Of a DNA stretch of 64,000 nucleotides, positions 51,801 to 64,000 are shown piece after piece. Each line of letters opens with the position of its first letter. Positions within the stretch are counted from its first letter, which is position 1. The notes beneath the pieces were generated by a model, which saw only the letters and a program-made list of their open reading frames with translations, made no database searches and was not told the DNA's origin. The position numbers and the translations under genes were made by a program. Origin of the DNA: Bugula neritina (lineage: Eukaryota > Animalia > Bryozoa); the NCBI GenBank assembly GCA_964035545.1, contig OZ037766.1, positions 27,759,673 to 27,823,672 on the forward strand, written 5' to 3'.

Positions 51801-52546
51801 ATATACCGATCAGCATCTCGGTATTTGCCTTGTTCTAAATAAACACTTGCAATACTCACCATCAACTTAGAAACATCTGGGTCAGCAACATAATCTTGTG
51901 TTTGCTTCTGCTGGGCTAATGCCAAAGCTGAGTGCAAAAGAGATATGGATTTGTTATACTGAGAGACATCTGCATTAATGGTAGCCATAGTTTCTAGCAC
52001 TTCACACATGAGGGGGTGATTATCTGTCCCACAAAGTTGAGTGAAACCATCATAGGCAAACTTCAGTAAATCAACAGCTTTGTCAAACTTGCAGACATCT
52101 CGGCTAATGTCAGCCATGACACACTTAGCTAGACATATGTCAGGATGGTAAGGCTCTGTGATGTACATGATCTCTAAGATAGTTATAGCGTGGTTAATAC
52201 TTTGAATGGAAAACTGGTATTTGGCAAGTTTCTTGAATACCAAACCAATGTCTATATAAACTTGCGCTATTTTACCCTGTCTGCTCTGTGAGTTACCATA
52301 GAGCCTTTCTCTGATCCGTAAAGCATTAAAGTAATTTGTTTTAGCTTCAGCAAACTTGCCGGTAGCCAGTTGCATATCAGCAACGGAAATGTAGCTTTTT
52401 GCAACATCCTGATCTCTTTGTGCAACTTCTGGTTCAAGCTTTTGAAGGCGATCTTCAAGAGCTCTTTGGTAATATTCTAGAGCTTTCACATACTTTTTTT
52501 CCTTAACATGCTGGTTAGCAATCAGCTCATTCTTATTTTCACTCAT
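48854..52546 (-). CDS. Large TPR-repeat protein (kinesin-light-chain/nephrocystin-3-like TPR_12-type repeats), ~1230 aa in one exon
   Basis: Uninterrupted 3.7-kb ORF with first ATG at 52546. Roughly 25 repeats of ~42-45 aa, of the form HP[DE][IVL]A..(Y/L)..[IML]G..Y...G.Y..A..Y...AL. An acceptor just upstream (~52577) allows for further 5' exons. Confidence 0.9.
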   Translation of the reverse strand: MSENKNELIANQHVKEKKYVKALEYYQRALEDRLQKLEPEVAQRDQDVAKSYISVADMQLATGKFAEAKTNYFNALRIRERLYGNSQSRQGKIAQVYIDIGLVFKKLAKYQFSIQSINHAITILEIMYITEPYHPDICLAKCVMADISRDVCKFDKAVDLLKFAYDGFTQLCGTDNHPLMCEVLETMATINADVSQYNKSISLLHSALALAQQKQTQDYVADPDVSKLMVSIASVYLEQGKYRDADRYIKDALSKDVEIFGEDNIIYNKVYTYDTFGKIKQAFGEYSVALKSYQTAWGILKETFGENGQHPEIARVLDSIALVYQNLAQYHLAHEYHKKASDLRNIIFSTEDINGVHPDVADGLDAKASTYYQQCMYSKALALYSESLSTRETVYGEGVQFSIATSYRNLATTHMKMSNFSQAYESLRKCLVILKDKVFHRFPNHSAIAETLLELSECVSAKGEYETALDYCQQAQNIYTNKSLGMSNHPNYAKSFTSMGSVYQSQGKFLKAAEYHTKAFKAYKKAYNGSHREIGKSLLKVAFCKVELGKTGAAMVSCMEALKYLNSAGEHMKSHPDLALAFKMIALVSLKRGEHMQATEYLAKALAMYKDIYFTEGQGSHHETASCYDLLGQVYMCNGDIQTAEKYILQACSTRKELAPNQCSHLDVADSYLSKGILNFEKRKYTEAIEEYRESLKIQIEVTGNERSLAAAKLHELIGNVYNELHSTNQALDSYKLALKVREDAYGEDAENLEIANLLYNVGCMLIKLGKFGEAYNRLTKALMMLKKFLEVGSKSSLLASTYYHIAVIGHSVEGTDETAVLKYYYKASELYLELSKTHPQLSCIFENIGLIKFTQCNYTEALKLHIESLKQKKLNCSDETANISIAKIYDNIGTTQNRLGLYKEAFEHYSKSMNIKKQVYGDEAVCADIAKSNYYLGNALERLGAANDSRMHHINALTMYRIIHEKSPNHPDLARSNYSIGIALAASEDFDQAKEFFTESLKQLKTYYEDGLKSDSSVKGWLDISNCYMGLGVMHYKQEEYDSAAEWLNDALQVIEVNYGSHPDYGLVKYLLGKVSTAQQNFQKAVDLFYAAIEVLTKFYVDHPYIANCFHGIGEVCEIQTKYYEAIDHYQTSFEMNKRLGDNHHNTLVFCDSMASIHRKLHEYPKCVDYLFQALCIRREIYGPGAHEEIADNLEDIGNIHLIQNNKKQADHFLARAKKMNEHLKKLQR

Positions 52547-53585
52547 AGTTGGGAGTGTGGCCTGCACCTCCCAACTCTAGGGGTAAATATTTGATTCTAT
52601 ATTTGTGACTACACACAAGTTGCAACACATGTTGTTTTTAAAATGTGCCAAGTATTTAAACAATGCCAATAATATTTAAAACATGTGAAATATTGATTCA
52701 GAAATTTTTTTTTATACATTTTTAAAAATTTTTATATCAATATTGCAGCTTATGCAAAATATTTGATAAAATGTTACTATAATTTTAAATCCTACCGTAT
52801 AATTATTTTACTTGCAGTGATTAGTTATGCTTTGTAGTATTAAAAAGCAATTAATATTATAGTTTAATAATTTTGCTAGCTACTCAAACAGACTGCTATA
52901 ATTCTAATTTCAGTTTATTATTTAAACTAATACTTACTATATTAATTATAAATTTCTCTCACATGACCTTAAAATTGGTGTTGTTTTTTTCTAACACTTG
53001 AATAATTTTTTTCAAATTTAGCTTTACTGTGTAAATTAAAAGCATATATGTTTTGTATATATAAGAAATACAACAATAAAGTTACAAATAGGACAGATAT
53101 ATAATAATATTCTGTAATTGCTCATTTAGGGGAGCAGCCGTGGTCTAGGGGGTAATTAGAGTATCTCATATACAACTTCTTATATCATCATGCGTATAAT
53201 TCACAAGGATCATTGTTTTTTGCAGTACAAGAAAAGCGAATCTTTCTTAGCATATAATTTGAGCTCAAATATTAATTTTTACGTATCCGTAAAATAAAAT
53301 TTTTATTTGGGCTAATTTTATTTAAATTTTACTATAACTGTTTATAACTCACATGCATGAACTGAATGATTGCAGGTTTTTTATTTCCACACACTTAGAG
53401 TAGTCATTAGCTGATTTCAAATTTTTTTTTATTCAAAGAAGTTGCATAACAGCAAAATATACATGCAGGCCATCATATATATTGTATAATTAATAAATAT
53501 ATACAATAAATGCTGAATAGAAAATTTAAACATATTTATACACAATGGAAGCTATACTAGAATACTAGTTTATACCCGTTATTAG

Positions 53586-56500
53586 TTATATGAAATAGAT
53601 AGGTGGTCTAAATTCATCCCAAAGTTCATAGGCATTCTTAAAACGACGAAGCTGCCCAACAAGAAAGAGGTTCTTATTTAGAGCAAACTTAGAGAGAGTG
53701 CTATTTCCAAAACCTAACACATGAAATTGAGAAATATCTATATACTGTAAGTTAGCTGCATGTGCTAACACACCTGTCATGTACATGTCTTCTATCCATA
53801 CAAACCTAACCTGTAAAAGCAACAACAGCTAGTCATATATATAAAAATTAACTCTACGGACTACGATGCTAGACATTCATGTGCTTATTATTTTTTCAAT
53901 GAAGACAGATTATAATATTATATCTTAAATATAGTATACAGCTTATTATTTGGAAGTAATTGAAAAGTTCTTTCAATTGATAAAATTGATTACAGATTTG
54001 TATAACTTATAAATCAGCATAATAAAAAATAAGACTGTGACATTGTTTTATAAAATTAAAATTTGCTGAACTTATAGACTTTTGATACAAAAATTACCTT
54101 AACAGTGATTAAAGCAATATAAAAACAGTCACTTCAAGGTAGCTTATATACAACACATTGATGTCGGCTTTGATTATAGCTTTGTTTGCTACCTTGAAAT
54201 TATCAGAATCAGGTGATCTCTATATATATATATATTATAGTGATGCTCTAATTTTATTACACAATTATTAAATATTAAAATATTATTTGTCTACACTATG
54301 CAACAATTAAGCTATATTATATTCAATAAAAGCTGCTGCAGAATAACTGATTTTTGGAGTTGTTTTTCCTTTGAATAAAACTTTCAAAATCACCTTTTTA
54401 GTGCTATATTGCAGTAAAATGTTATAGCAAAATTTGATAAGTTACTGTGCAATGGATACAAGTTGATAAGCGTAGGGGGAGGGTGTAATAAAATGAAGTA
54501 CCTTCCGGATAGTACTGAGTAGCTTTGGTACTGCATCACCACTAATCATATATCCTACACCTGGACACGCTTTTGGTGCAAAGGTAGTTAAAGTTTCGGG
54601 CCACTCCTCATACGATACTTTCCATTTGCCTTTGCGACGTACATTGGGATATCTCCTTACAGCTCCTATACATTTGGGGGAAACTAGTACTATTGGTAAT
54701 GCAAAATAAAACACTTTACCTGTTTACCACAATATATATAATTTTAAACCCAATTCCATCATAGAAATAGCACAGGTAAAAATAGCAGATATAGAAAAGT
54801 AGGTAAAAACTTAAACCCAAACCCCCAACCCTTAAATCCCAACCCCAAACTTGAACCCCCATTCTTAAACCTAAACCCTCGATTCCAAACCCCTGACCCC
54901 CCAAACCTTAATATTGAAAATGTGCCGTTTTTAGCTACTTTGCCATTTGTGCCATTTTTACTGTGCCATTTTTACTGCTGCCCCTTTTACCGGATACCAC
55001 TATACCATATATATATCCGCTACACCTTCCCTGCTATACCTTACCTGCTATACTTTGCTTAATACACCTTACATATACCATGCATTACTTGCATCATATT
55101 CATTCACAAGCTTACCTATTACGCTGTTGACGGGCCAAGAATTTGTGTCCTCAAATTTCTGCAGCCATTTTGCAAATCTTGTAGAGTGAACAAAGGAATC
55201 GTCATCAACTTTGAATAATAGTTTGACATCCTTACAATATATGTTGGTCCACTTCAGCATACCTATGGCCTATAGAAAAATTCATAGATAAGTGGGAGTA
55301 ATGCACCACAGCTGACAATGTCAACACCTTTAGAAAGTATGACATTTTTGAGATGCCTAAAGTGTCAACACTGGCTTATTCATTTATACATTCACTTATG
55401 GCATTTAAAAAAGTATAAAACTATAAATAATGTTTAGTCATAAATTTGGTATTTTAATGTTTCAAAAGATTATTTTTTGTAGGTTCACCTTAATCAGTCA
55501 AAGTTTGAAATTTAGATATTTTCTATGTAACCTAGAGCACTCAAGTTAAGTCAAATCTCCCTCACTATAACAATTACACTGATAATTGAAGCCTGTGAGA
55601 AGTAATTACTTTGTGTGTGAGGTTTTCATATGCATCTTGGAAGGTTCCATCTTGGACGACATCCCCATAAGCATTCTGTTCCTTCATAATTTTTCGTTGC
55701 GTTAAGAAACTTTTTGTGATTAATGCTACAGAAAACACAAATCTCACTTCAAGAGGTAAAAATAAAGCAGGCTTCGCATAAGTTTTTCTGATAATTTTTC
55801 TCCTCTCAAAGTTTTTAGGTGCACTAAATATCCATACAAGGACATGGATGGGTGACTCCGAGCAGGTGTTTGGACTAGCTATGGTGAAGTTCACACTCTG
55901 GTCGGTTTTCTTTGATAAATTATTCGATAACGTGGAAGCTACTTCATGAGATGGAGGATCTTCTGTAAAATATATTAATATTAATAATTATATAAAAATA
56001 ATATATCAAATTAACAAGTTGCAGTTATACAGCATCTATTTTTATATAAGCAGTGTTGTATGTACAGGCACAGTATTAACTTCGAAGCAAGTTACATATT
56101 TAAATGCCATGTATTTGATCAATGAATTAAATTGTAAATTTATCATACTATCACAAGAGAAAAAATTGAATCCACAAGGCTTATATATGGAACAAAAACT
56201 TTTTTAAACCCTATAACACTGCATTATACAATCTGTAGGCATATATATAAGCATCTTTTATATTTAAAAACAAAGTTTGCAGTTAATAAAATCAGTTTAG
56301 AAAGTCTGAAAGCAGAATTTATCTTCTGACTACAAAATGAAGATTCTGCTTCTAATGTGCATGCACTTCAAATTTAAATTGAAAGCGAATTTTATAAAAT
56401 CTGCCATTAATTGTAATTTCTTTACAACAAAACGGAAATAGATATGCAATTGAATTGACTGTACTTCTGTTACATACCTTTCAACTGACTGTTAGCTGTG

Positions 56501-56870
56501 TTTAGCATGATGAAGTGAGCACTGGCGTTCATATAAAACTGCTGTATTTTGAAAGATGTGTAAAGAAGGCTGAGTAGAAAAAAGGCAGAGAGAAGAAAGA
56601 ACATTGATCTACAATATAAACGCAATATATAAGTACAGCTGTCATTACTCTATGGACTGTCACAGCAAAGCTATATGAGGAACAGTTCTGCTCTTTACTA
56701 ACATTCTCAATAAACTCTGTAGTTAGGCTCAGTCTATAAAAACTGGAGTGGAGACTGCAAGCTAATTTGAAGGTAAATGTGTAGCTTTGTGAACTCAAAT
56801 GAACAAACCTTATATGAGTATGAATAATGCCAAAACTTTTAGAAGCTTTTTTATTAACTTCAGTTCCCAT
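53586..56870 (-). CDS. Beta-1,3-galactosyltransferase-like glycosyltransferase (GT31, Galactosyl_T)
   Basis: Exons 56870-56809, 56608-56478 (type II membrane anchor), 55962-55610, 55269-55116, 54665-54502, 53810-53586. Motifs SAPKNFERRKIIRKT, EQNAYGDVV...F.DAYENLTHK, KVDDDSFV, KWKVSYEEWP, CPGVGY, WIEDMYMTG. First exon less certain. Confidence 0.9.
54800..54998. repeat. Intronic repeat with degenerate AAACCC/CCCTAA-like tract and GTGCCATTTTTAC sub-repeats; probable non-autonomous DNA element remnant
   Basis: About 14 imperfect telomere-like units, followed by several TGCC(A/G/C)TTTTTA repeats ending in ACCGGATACC. Confidence 0.5.
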
Positions 56871-57434
56871 TATAGTGGAAGCTATAGTTGATGCGCAGTC
56901 TAAACCCAAGTATGAGAGTTAACATTGCTAAAGAAGCACCACTACCCTGTAAATATGCATACAAATATAAAGCATCAAGTCATACAATATCTAGTATAAA
57001 ACTAAACTATAGGAGATATAATTAGACAGCACTCACAAAGCAAGAAAACAAAAAATTACTTTACTCGAGTCATAAGGTATGAACAAGTTTGTCATGTACC
57101 CACCATAAACTCAAAGCATTATAGAGCCTAACTATGTATATCCTGTTGAATTGCATATTTTAGAATGCAGATTGTTATAAACACAGATTTTGCTATTAGA
57201 ATGAACTGTGATCTACAGTTTCGAAGAATTTTTATGACCAGTGCTATACTAATCTTATCTATATGCAGTAAAATTTTATAAGCTTTGTGCTTCTACCAGA
57301 AATGAAATATAGCTGTGTTCAAGATTTATTTGAAGAGCTCTTGGAAAACATTCAAGTGGAACTGGAATAGGTTTGAAATTTTAATTCCAGGTTATTTCTT
57401 GATGGCAAACTGAGACTTTGCAGGTTTATTTGCA

Positions 57435-57490
<56 letters not shown>
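57435..57490. repeat. (CA)n(TA)n compound microsatellite
   Basis: Seen directly. Confidence 0.9.
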
Positions 57491-57492
<2 letters not shown>

Positions 57493-58854
57493 GCTGATTA
57501 TTTACAAAAAACTTTAAAAATAGCATAAATTAAGTAGTATTACCATGCCTATTTGCATCCAATTTATAGCAATTGTAATGTATTTTGTGTAAAATGGTTA
57601 TTGCAAGCATTGCATGTTCTATTCATATTCACATTGTAACAAAATTGAAACTTAAACTTTATAGCTTTGTATTTACGCGCATGAGTGAGTTTTAAAATTG
57701 TTTTTAATTTTATATGCACAAAAAATATGTTTAAAAACTATACCAATAAACAAAACGAAAAATAATGTACACATAAAATAAAAGAATGATAAGATAACAA
57801 AAGTGGCAGAATTTCCCCTTATAATTTATATAAATTGGCGGCACAGAGCACAGGACGTGGCATAATGATTTCCTATGCTCTAAATAGAATAGATCACGCT
57901 GCCTCTAACATGATATTATTACTCTTCAGACTCAAATTAGTTCCATCATTTGACAAGTGCCTGCATAAAAACGAGAAGATAAATCTAATGTTCTCTAACC
58001 AACTCCCACACAATGCTCTGTTATTTAGTAATAACACAAAAATCTCTGATTTAAACTTTGCTGTTGAATATCAAAACAGAGTGGGGGAAAGATTGCAGAG
58101 CAAGATATTTGATCAGATATTGACAATTATTTGGTGACCAAATCAAAATTGCTTATATCTTCAAGCAGAATATAGGGAATTTCACAACTGTATATACTAG
58201 TGAATTGATGCTAGTAGCAACGTGGGTAATCTTATTAATTTGCTTTTAGTTACACAATCGCAATTTATTTTACATACATGATCTAATGATATTTTACTAA
58301 CTTTGCAAAAAAAAACAATCTTCTCAAAATCAGTTAGATGCTGATGTTGGAACTGATAAACTATTTCAGTCACAATGTTGCTTGCCAGTTATAGTGCATT
58401 CTAACCAAGTTTTTTTTGATGCATTTGTGCACAAAACAAAATGGATTAAGATTTGCCAAAAAGCATTTATTCAGCTTTAAGAGCCACCACAAAAAATAAG
58501 TACATGTATGTACAGACATACTGTGTGAAAGTTACAACCTGATGTTAATTAAGAGCTGAAAGCTGAGTGATATACCGAGAAAAACATAATAGAGTAGATG
58601 TATTATAATATTCTAACATGAATTAGGCCAACATGTTGAATTATTTACTTGGAATATTTATCCCAAGGAATAAATTCATCTAAGCTAAAAACAAATTAAG
58701 AGAAGCACCATGCTGTACTTTCCTAAAATTTGAAGCTGAAAATAAAATGTGTGGGAGCGATCAATACATCAAGCATACTAGTAGATTATTACAATATTCT
58801 CTAGTAAGCTGCATATAGCGTATAACAAGATTTAAAATATTGGTAAACGTCAGA

Positions 58855-59425
58855 TTAACTGTCCAAAACCAGTCCTTTCTCTTTTAGGTATTTTTTGGCG
58901 TCTTCTATTTGAGATCTGAGTTCTACGGCTGCCTCATCGCAGTTGTTGAATGTAAACGTTCTGTAGAGGACAATGAATGCCGACGCGATACCAAAGATAC
59001 CAACACAGATGATCGGAAGCAACTGTTTGTAGATATACGGCACATCGAGTTGAACCTTTTCAGATAATAGCCCATACCTATACCAAAGCAAATATAATGA
59101 ATTATTCCTCCCTAAATGAATTAAGCTTTCCTTTATTATTACAATCTTTCAGAACGTATTAATGGGCAGAGTTTTGAGACATCCCTTTTAAATCTTGTAG
59201 GCAAAGCAGCTCAAAGGTTGTTTTATAAATAATTTTTTTATTCATTTTATTAAAGATGTTGCAAGATTTAATATGCAAGTTTAACATACTCATAGTGATG
59301 ACTCTAGCCAGCTTATTACAACTACCGATTCAACTTACTTCAAGATTTAGTATCAATACAACATAATCTCACCATATAGCCATGAAAACCATAGCAGCGG
59401 CCAGCCATTGTTGTAACTTTGTCAT
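58855..59425 (-). CDS. DPM3: Dolichol-phosphate mannosyltransferase subunit 3, 91 aa
   Basis: Exon 59425-59373 (MTKLQQWLAAAMVFMAIW) plus exon 59077-58855 (...LLPIICVGIFGIASAFIVLYRTFTFNNCDEAAVELRSQIEDAKKYLKEKG...). This matches the DPM3 pattern MTKL.QW...Y...TFN.C.EA..EL..QI..AK..L..KG. Confidence 0.93.
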
Positions 59426-62400
59426 AGTTTTTCTTCACAGCTATATAAAATCATAAACAATAACATGCTAAGCACAATTTTACTAAGACAGAATAGCAGC
59501 AAGCGTCACAAAACATATATCAAATATTGTAAATTAATCAAACAATATATCAAATTACCAAGCATTCGATTAAAAATAACCTGAAATCCAAATAAAACAC
59601 TGATGATTTGTTTCCAGTACACTTTGTAATACTAGTAGTAATACTAATAGACTTAATGACCAAGGGTCAAGGCTGCTAGTCTTAAACAAAAAAAACTAAA
59701 AACTAAACCTAAATTCCTTTTAGCAAATTACTATTACTACTACTACTAGTATTAGTATTACTATTAGCTTGACAGTTTTCATAATCATTGTCTACTCAGT
59801 ATGACTCAAGTATGAGTATTCTACTATCACTTATAGTAGGTACATCAAATGATAATTTTCAAGTAACGCTTTACAGTTTAATATTAGGTTAGATCGGTAG
59901 ACAAGAAAATTTGAGTGAGCTTCAATGCACTTCCAAGAGGCAAGATCAACTACCAGTGCAGATATTAACTTGTAAATTTATGACGTTCAACCAGTTACCC
60001 GGTCAGTTAACTCTTCACGCCATGAATGCTTTAGCGAACCCACTTATTTTCATGCGTTTAGCAACAATAGCGTAATGGCTATCTCAAAAATCTACAAGTC
60101 TCGAGCATAGCCTTCGACTTAAATCATTATAACTAAATAGCTAAAGCATAATATCATCATATTAATACTTCAATTGATAGAAAACCTTTAGAGATGGTAT
60201 TAAAATATATTCATTTTACATATCTGTCACAAATTATAACTTAAATTATCGATTGAAAAAAATGGATTTTTACTATACTTCAACACTAGTTACTACAAGG
60301 GGCAGATGATTTCAAGGGGTTCATGATCATAAAATCAGTTTAATATAAGGCTCAGCTACACAATGATATCTTCAAATTTTCTCTGCATGAACTATACTAA
60401 AAGTTATTAGCAAATCAAAAAGAGGTCTAAACAGGTTTTCTATGCTGTATGCTCCCCAGATTGGACCCGGGCTATCGATGCCACTCGATTTTGCGAAAGT
60501 AGGCGGGGCTAAAGGATACTTGATGTACCTACTTATAGTTATAGTATAACAGTAAAAGTATAACATTAACTATTACTATTACTATTGGTACTACTATTAT
60601 ACTTAGAGTTACCCATAGTACTTGATACTTCACTATTTGAATTTAAGTAATATTAATAACCAAGTCCAATACTATAACTACAAGTATAAGATTAAGTACC
60701 ACGTCCACTGAGAACTCTAAGAGTTACTAAGTGTAAGTGTAACAGTAACTATAAATCAAATTTAAAAGCTCACTCAAAGTTTAACTCGAAACCTGAAAAT
60801 AATAATTTGAACGAACACTGTTATGATAGTATAGTATTAGAAAATTAAGTATTAATATCTTATCCATATTGGTTATTGATATACTTAGTTAAAGTTAGTG
60901 GGAATCTTGATTCGTGTGTAGGCTTGCTCAGAACGGTGGTTTGACTATATTACAAAATACTGTGGCTAGCATTGTAATATTTACCTGCTTACGCAAACAA
61001 ACTGCAAATGTCAAGGTTCGCTCGTTACAATTGACTCTCTTCGCTAGGTCCTAGAATAAATAACATTTATGAAATTAAGATATCAATGTAACTTTTATGT
61101 GTGAAAAGTTGTTGAGTCGCTGAGGATAACTACAAAGCAAAAGCGCAGTTTTCAAAGTTCTATATAACAAAGACGTTTGTAGACGTACCGCCTCATACAA
61201 AGCAATTTTAGTTAACAAAATCCTCATTGAACTGGTTATTTTTCGTTCAGTGAAAATCCTAGTTTTTGCACTAATTCTACTGAACAGTGCATCTTTTTTT
61301 GAACAGCTCCGCTTTGGGAGTGAATGAGTTCAAGATCTAGAGTTGAAAGTTTTACTAAACCCTCAACTTTAAATTTGAAAACTTCAAGTTACTGCAATCA
61401 TTTACCTCCATCTTGGAACTGCTCATGTTAATATTTATACTTTAACTTAATCTTATACTTGTACTTTAACTTAATCTTATAGTTATACTAAGTTATAGTA
61501 ATACTAATACTAATAGTAATATCGTAATAGTATTACTATTAGTTACTGTCAGTGTCTTGTCTAGTTTTATCATTTTGATTATGACTAAATTATGATTATA
61601 TTTATATTATAATTATATTAATATATAGCTAAACATTATGATTATCATTATATTTATTTATTTATATAAATATTAATAAAATGTTATAATTAATAATAAC
61701 ATGCTATTAGTAATAGCATGTGATAGTATTACAACTACTACTAGTACTACTAGTAATAGTACTAATAGATGGTTGAACTGTGGACCATCAAATTCAGTGG
61801 CCATCAGTATAATAAATAATTACCAGATTGAGTGTTAGTTTGAATTATACTGTGGCTAGGGCGACTCTGGCGGCTTAGTGACAGTGATACTGATGAATGA
61901 AAATGATATTTACAATGAATATATGAAATCCATTTAATTCTATAATATTAATATTAATAATTTTACAGATTTCCCTTTTCAATTAATCAATGTAATTGAT
62001 AGTATAAGGCATATAAGCCACGAGCATAGCGATGGTGACAATCACAATGAAAATAAGTCTGACTGCTAGATTAGGCTAAATACTGTGCCTATTGACTATT
62101 TGAGTTGAAAGTCATAGTTGATATAAAATTAAAATAAGTGCTATGCAAAGTTTAAAAGTATAATAATAAATAATTATTATGATGTTGATATTTTAATTGT
62201 GTTGTAGTTTAAATTTGAATTCGCAACTGAATCTTTCTGTTAAAGTTTTATTATAATTTAACTTTCATATACTTTTTATATAGTGATCATATAGCCTCAT
62301 TTCTGGTTTAATTTATAAATGGCAACGCTGATTATGCAAGGTAATTTTTCAAAATACAAAATGCCCCTCGGTGTGTTCACATTATTTTTGAAAAACTTGA

Positions 62401-62677
62401 CTAAACCATCTAATTACAGCACAGTTTATACACAATAATTTGATTGCATTATTGATTAAGGACATTTTTCTTCTTTAGGGTTTTTATCATGGTTAAAATA
62501 TTTTTTGTTTGTGCAGATATTTGCCATATTTTAGCAGTTTATACAATCAGATTGGTTGAGTTATGGACTAAAATTCTAGCTAGGTCTTTTGGCAGCAGTA
62601 AGTCTAATATAAAACTTACTATTTTTAAGTACGTTCAAATTGATAAAGACAAGTTTTGTGTTACAGTTATACTGACC

Positions 62678-64000
62678 ATGGGATGCTCTTGCCTACCTGT
62701 AAGAACCGCCAGCCCCAAATTCCTGGTGTATCTACAATGTTGTAAGTTAGCCATCTGTTTGATGAAGTTTGGTCTCAAAATGATATTTTTAACATTTTCA
62801 AGTGTAGCTTAGATTTTCTCAATGTGATGTTAATTTTAAAGTTCTTTTCCATCTTGTACTAGTTTTGTATCTTTCAATAGTTAGTTTACTCGACAGTAAT
62901 CTTTATTTTAAAAGGCAAACATATACTGTGAATACATCATGTAAAGTTAAATAATATATATCTGGGAAATTGTAGAGTGTGTTTTTGTAATGTGTTTAGT
63001 GGCTAGTTATTGGGGCTTCATCGAATTTATTTCTTTTTATGTTGTTTTATGTTTAGTATGATTTAAATGCTCAAATGATCATCTAAAATAAGTGGTTCTT
63101 TGAAAGTAAATCAAATACTTAAATTGCATCAATACTAGACTTGAATATGCATTTCATTTTATTTTATTCACAATTTTTTTTAGATTTTCTGAGTATTGCA
63201 TACATACTGGGGACTGGTGTACTTAGTAAGTACTATTAGCTGGCTACTGAGTAATATATTGGTGATGTTCGACATTCCTTGAGCTTTGGATTAAAAGTTT
63301 TTTTCAACTAGGACAGTTACTGAATTTCTATTGAATGCAGTGCAAGGTCACTTTGTGGAAAAAAACTTTGCAAAATTTTATTCTATAGACAACACTAAAG
63401 CTGTCTTTCTAGTTACAAGCAAAAAGAAATAATGTTTACTCCCATTGTAGCAGTTTCAAAGCATGTTTTCTTAGGTAATTAGATGTTTGGGTTGCTGTGA
63501 TGTCATGGAAAGCATTAAATTACACACTCTGTCAAGTCACAGTAGTGGAAGATTAAGTTAGTATGGTGGTATATCTAATACTATAATTCTTTAGTGGTTG
63601 AAGTCATTATTTGGGACAGCAGTGGTATGATGACATTCAGTAGTGCAAGTGTGATATTCTTATCACTTTATTAGCTAACTCTGTGTTAGTTAACTATGCC
63701 TGACTTTCTTCCTTCTTTACTTTTTATCTGTTCACAGAACTACCAACATATGAAGAACTAATGCCAATTTCATATTAACTCTCAATGAAGTAACCAATGT
63801 ATTTGAGTTTATGCATGGCTAATAGACTCTATTTTATTCCTTGTTATTTGCAGCTGTGCTATGAGCTCTTTAGAACTAATTTCAACATCTGAGTTGCTTT
63901 CCCATTGTAATCTTAGAATAGAATACGTGGTTATTATTTTATGGTTTCAGGTTTACCAGTAAGTCTAGCCAGATCAGGGATGGTGCCTTTCTTTGTTGTG
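62678..64000 (+). CDS. Amino-acid transporter (APC superfamily, Aa_trans/Trp_Tyr_perm-like), first three coding exons, continues beyond window
   Basis: Exons 62678-62741, 63184-63225 and 63951-64000 splice in frame to MGCSCLPVRTASPKFLVYLQCYFLSIAYILGTGVLSLPVSLARSGMVPFFVV, which contains the TM1 G-x-G-(V/I)-L-x-L-P signature. Confidence 0.8.

Noticed and set aside
53130-53170. tRNA-like 5' half (GCAGCCGTGGTCTAGGGGGTAA)
   Set aside because: Only an A-box-like piece. No B-box or cloverleaf follows; at most a SINE remnant.
63739-63778. Possible exon encoding LPTYEE (PY-like motif)
   Set aside because: Reaches a stop in frame, and the transporter splices cleanly from 63225 to 63951 without it.

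Overview
AT-rich, intron-rich eukaryotic DNA, most likely an invertebrate animal. All gene models were spliced by hand from GT-AG sites and reading-frame phase. (1) An N4BP2/NONU-1-like gene on the minus strand, with ATG at 13078 and 20 coding exons reconstructed. It has a CUE domain, a P-loop polynucleotide kinase and a second CUE, and it runs off the left edge. (2) Directly upstream, a ~27-kb patchwork (16.8-43.8 kb) of duplicated DUF1771 and Smr-nuclease exons of N4BP2 type, in several diverged subfamilies. Most are broken, but the copy at 41650-43746 splices into an uninterrupted ~175-aa 'mini-N4BP2' with intact DLHG and TGRG motifs. The array also holds a divergent H2A copy with one stop codon, an 18-bp coding-like minisatellite, three 51-nt micro-exons, a 5'-truncated RTE-type LINE with a 14-bp target-site duplication (TSD), and a duplicated 3' end of the neighbouring TPR gene. 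(3) A ~1230-aa TPR-only protein in one exon. (4) A GT31 beta-1,3-glycosyltransferase, DPM3, and the first exons of an amino-acid transporter on the plus strand. The best candidate for an undescribed system is the birth-and-death expansion of stand-alone Smr endoribonuclease modules next to their parent gene.
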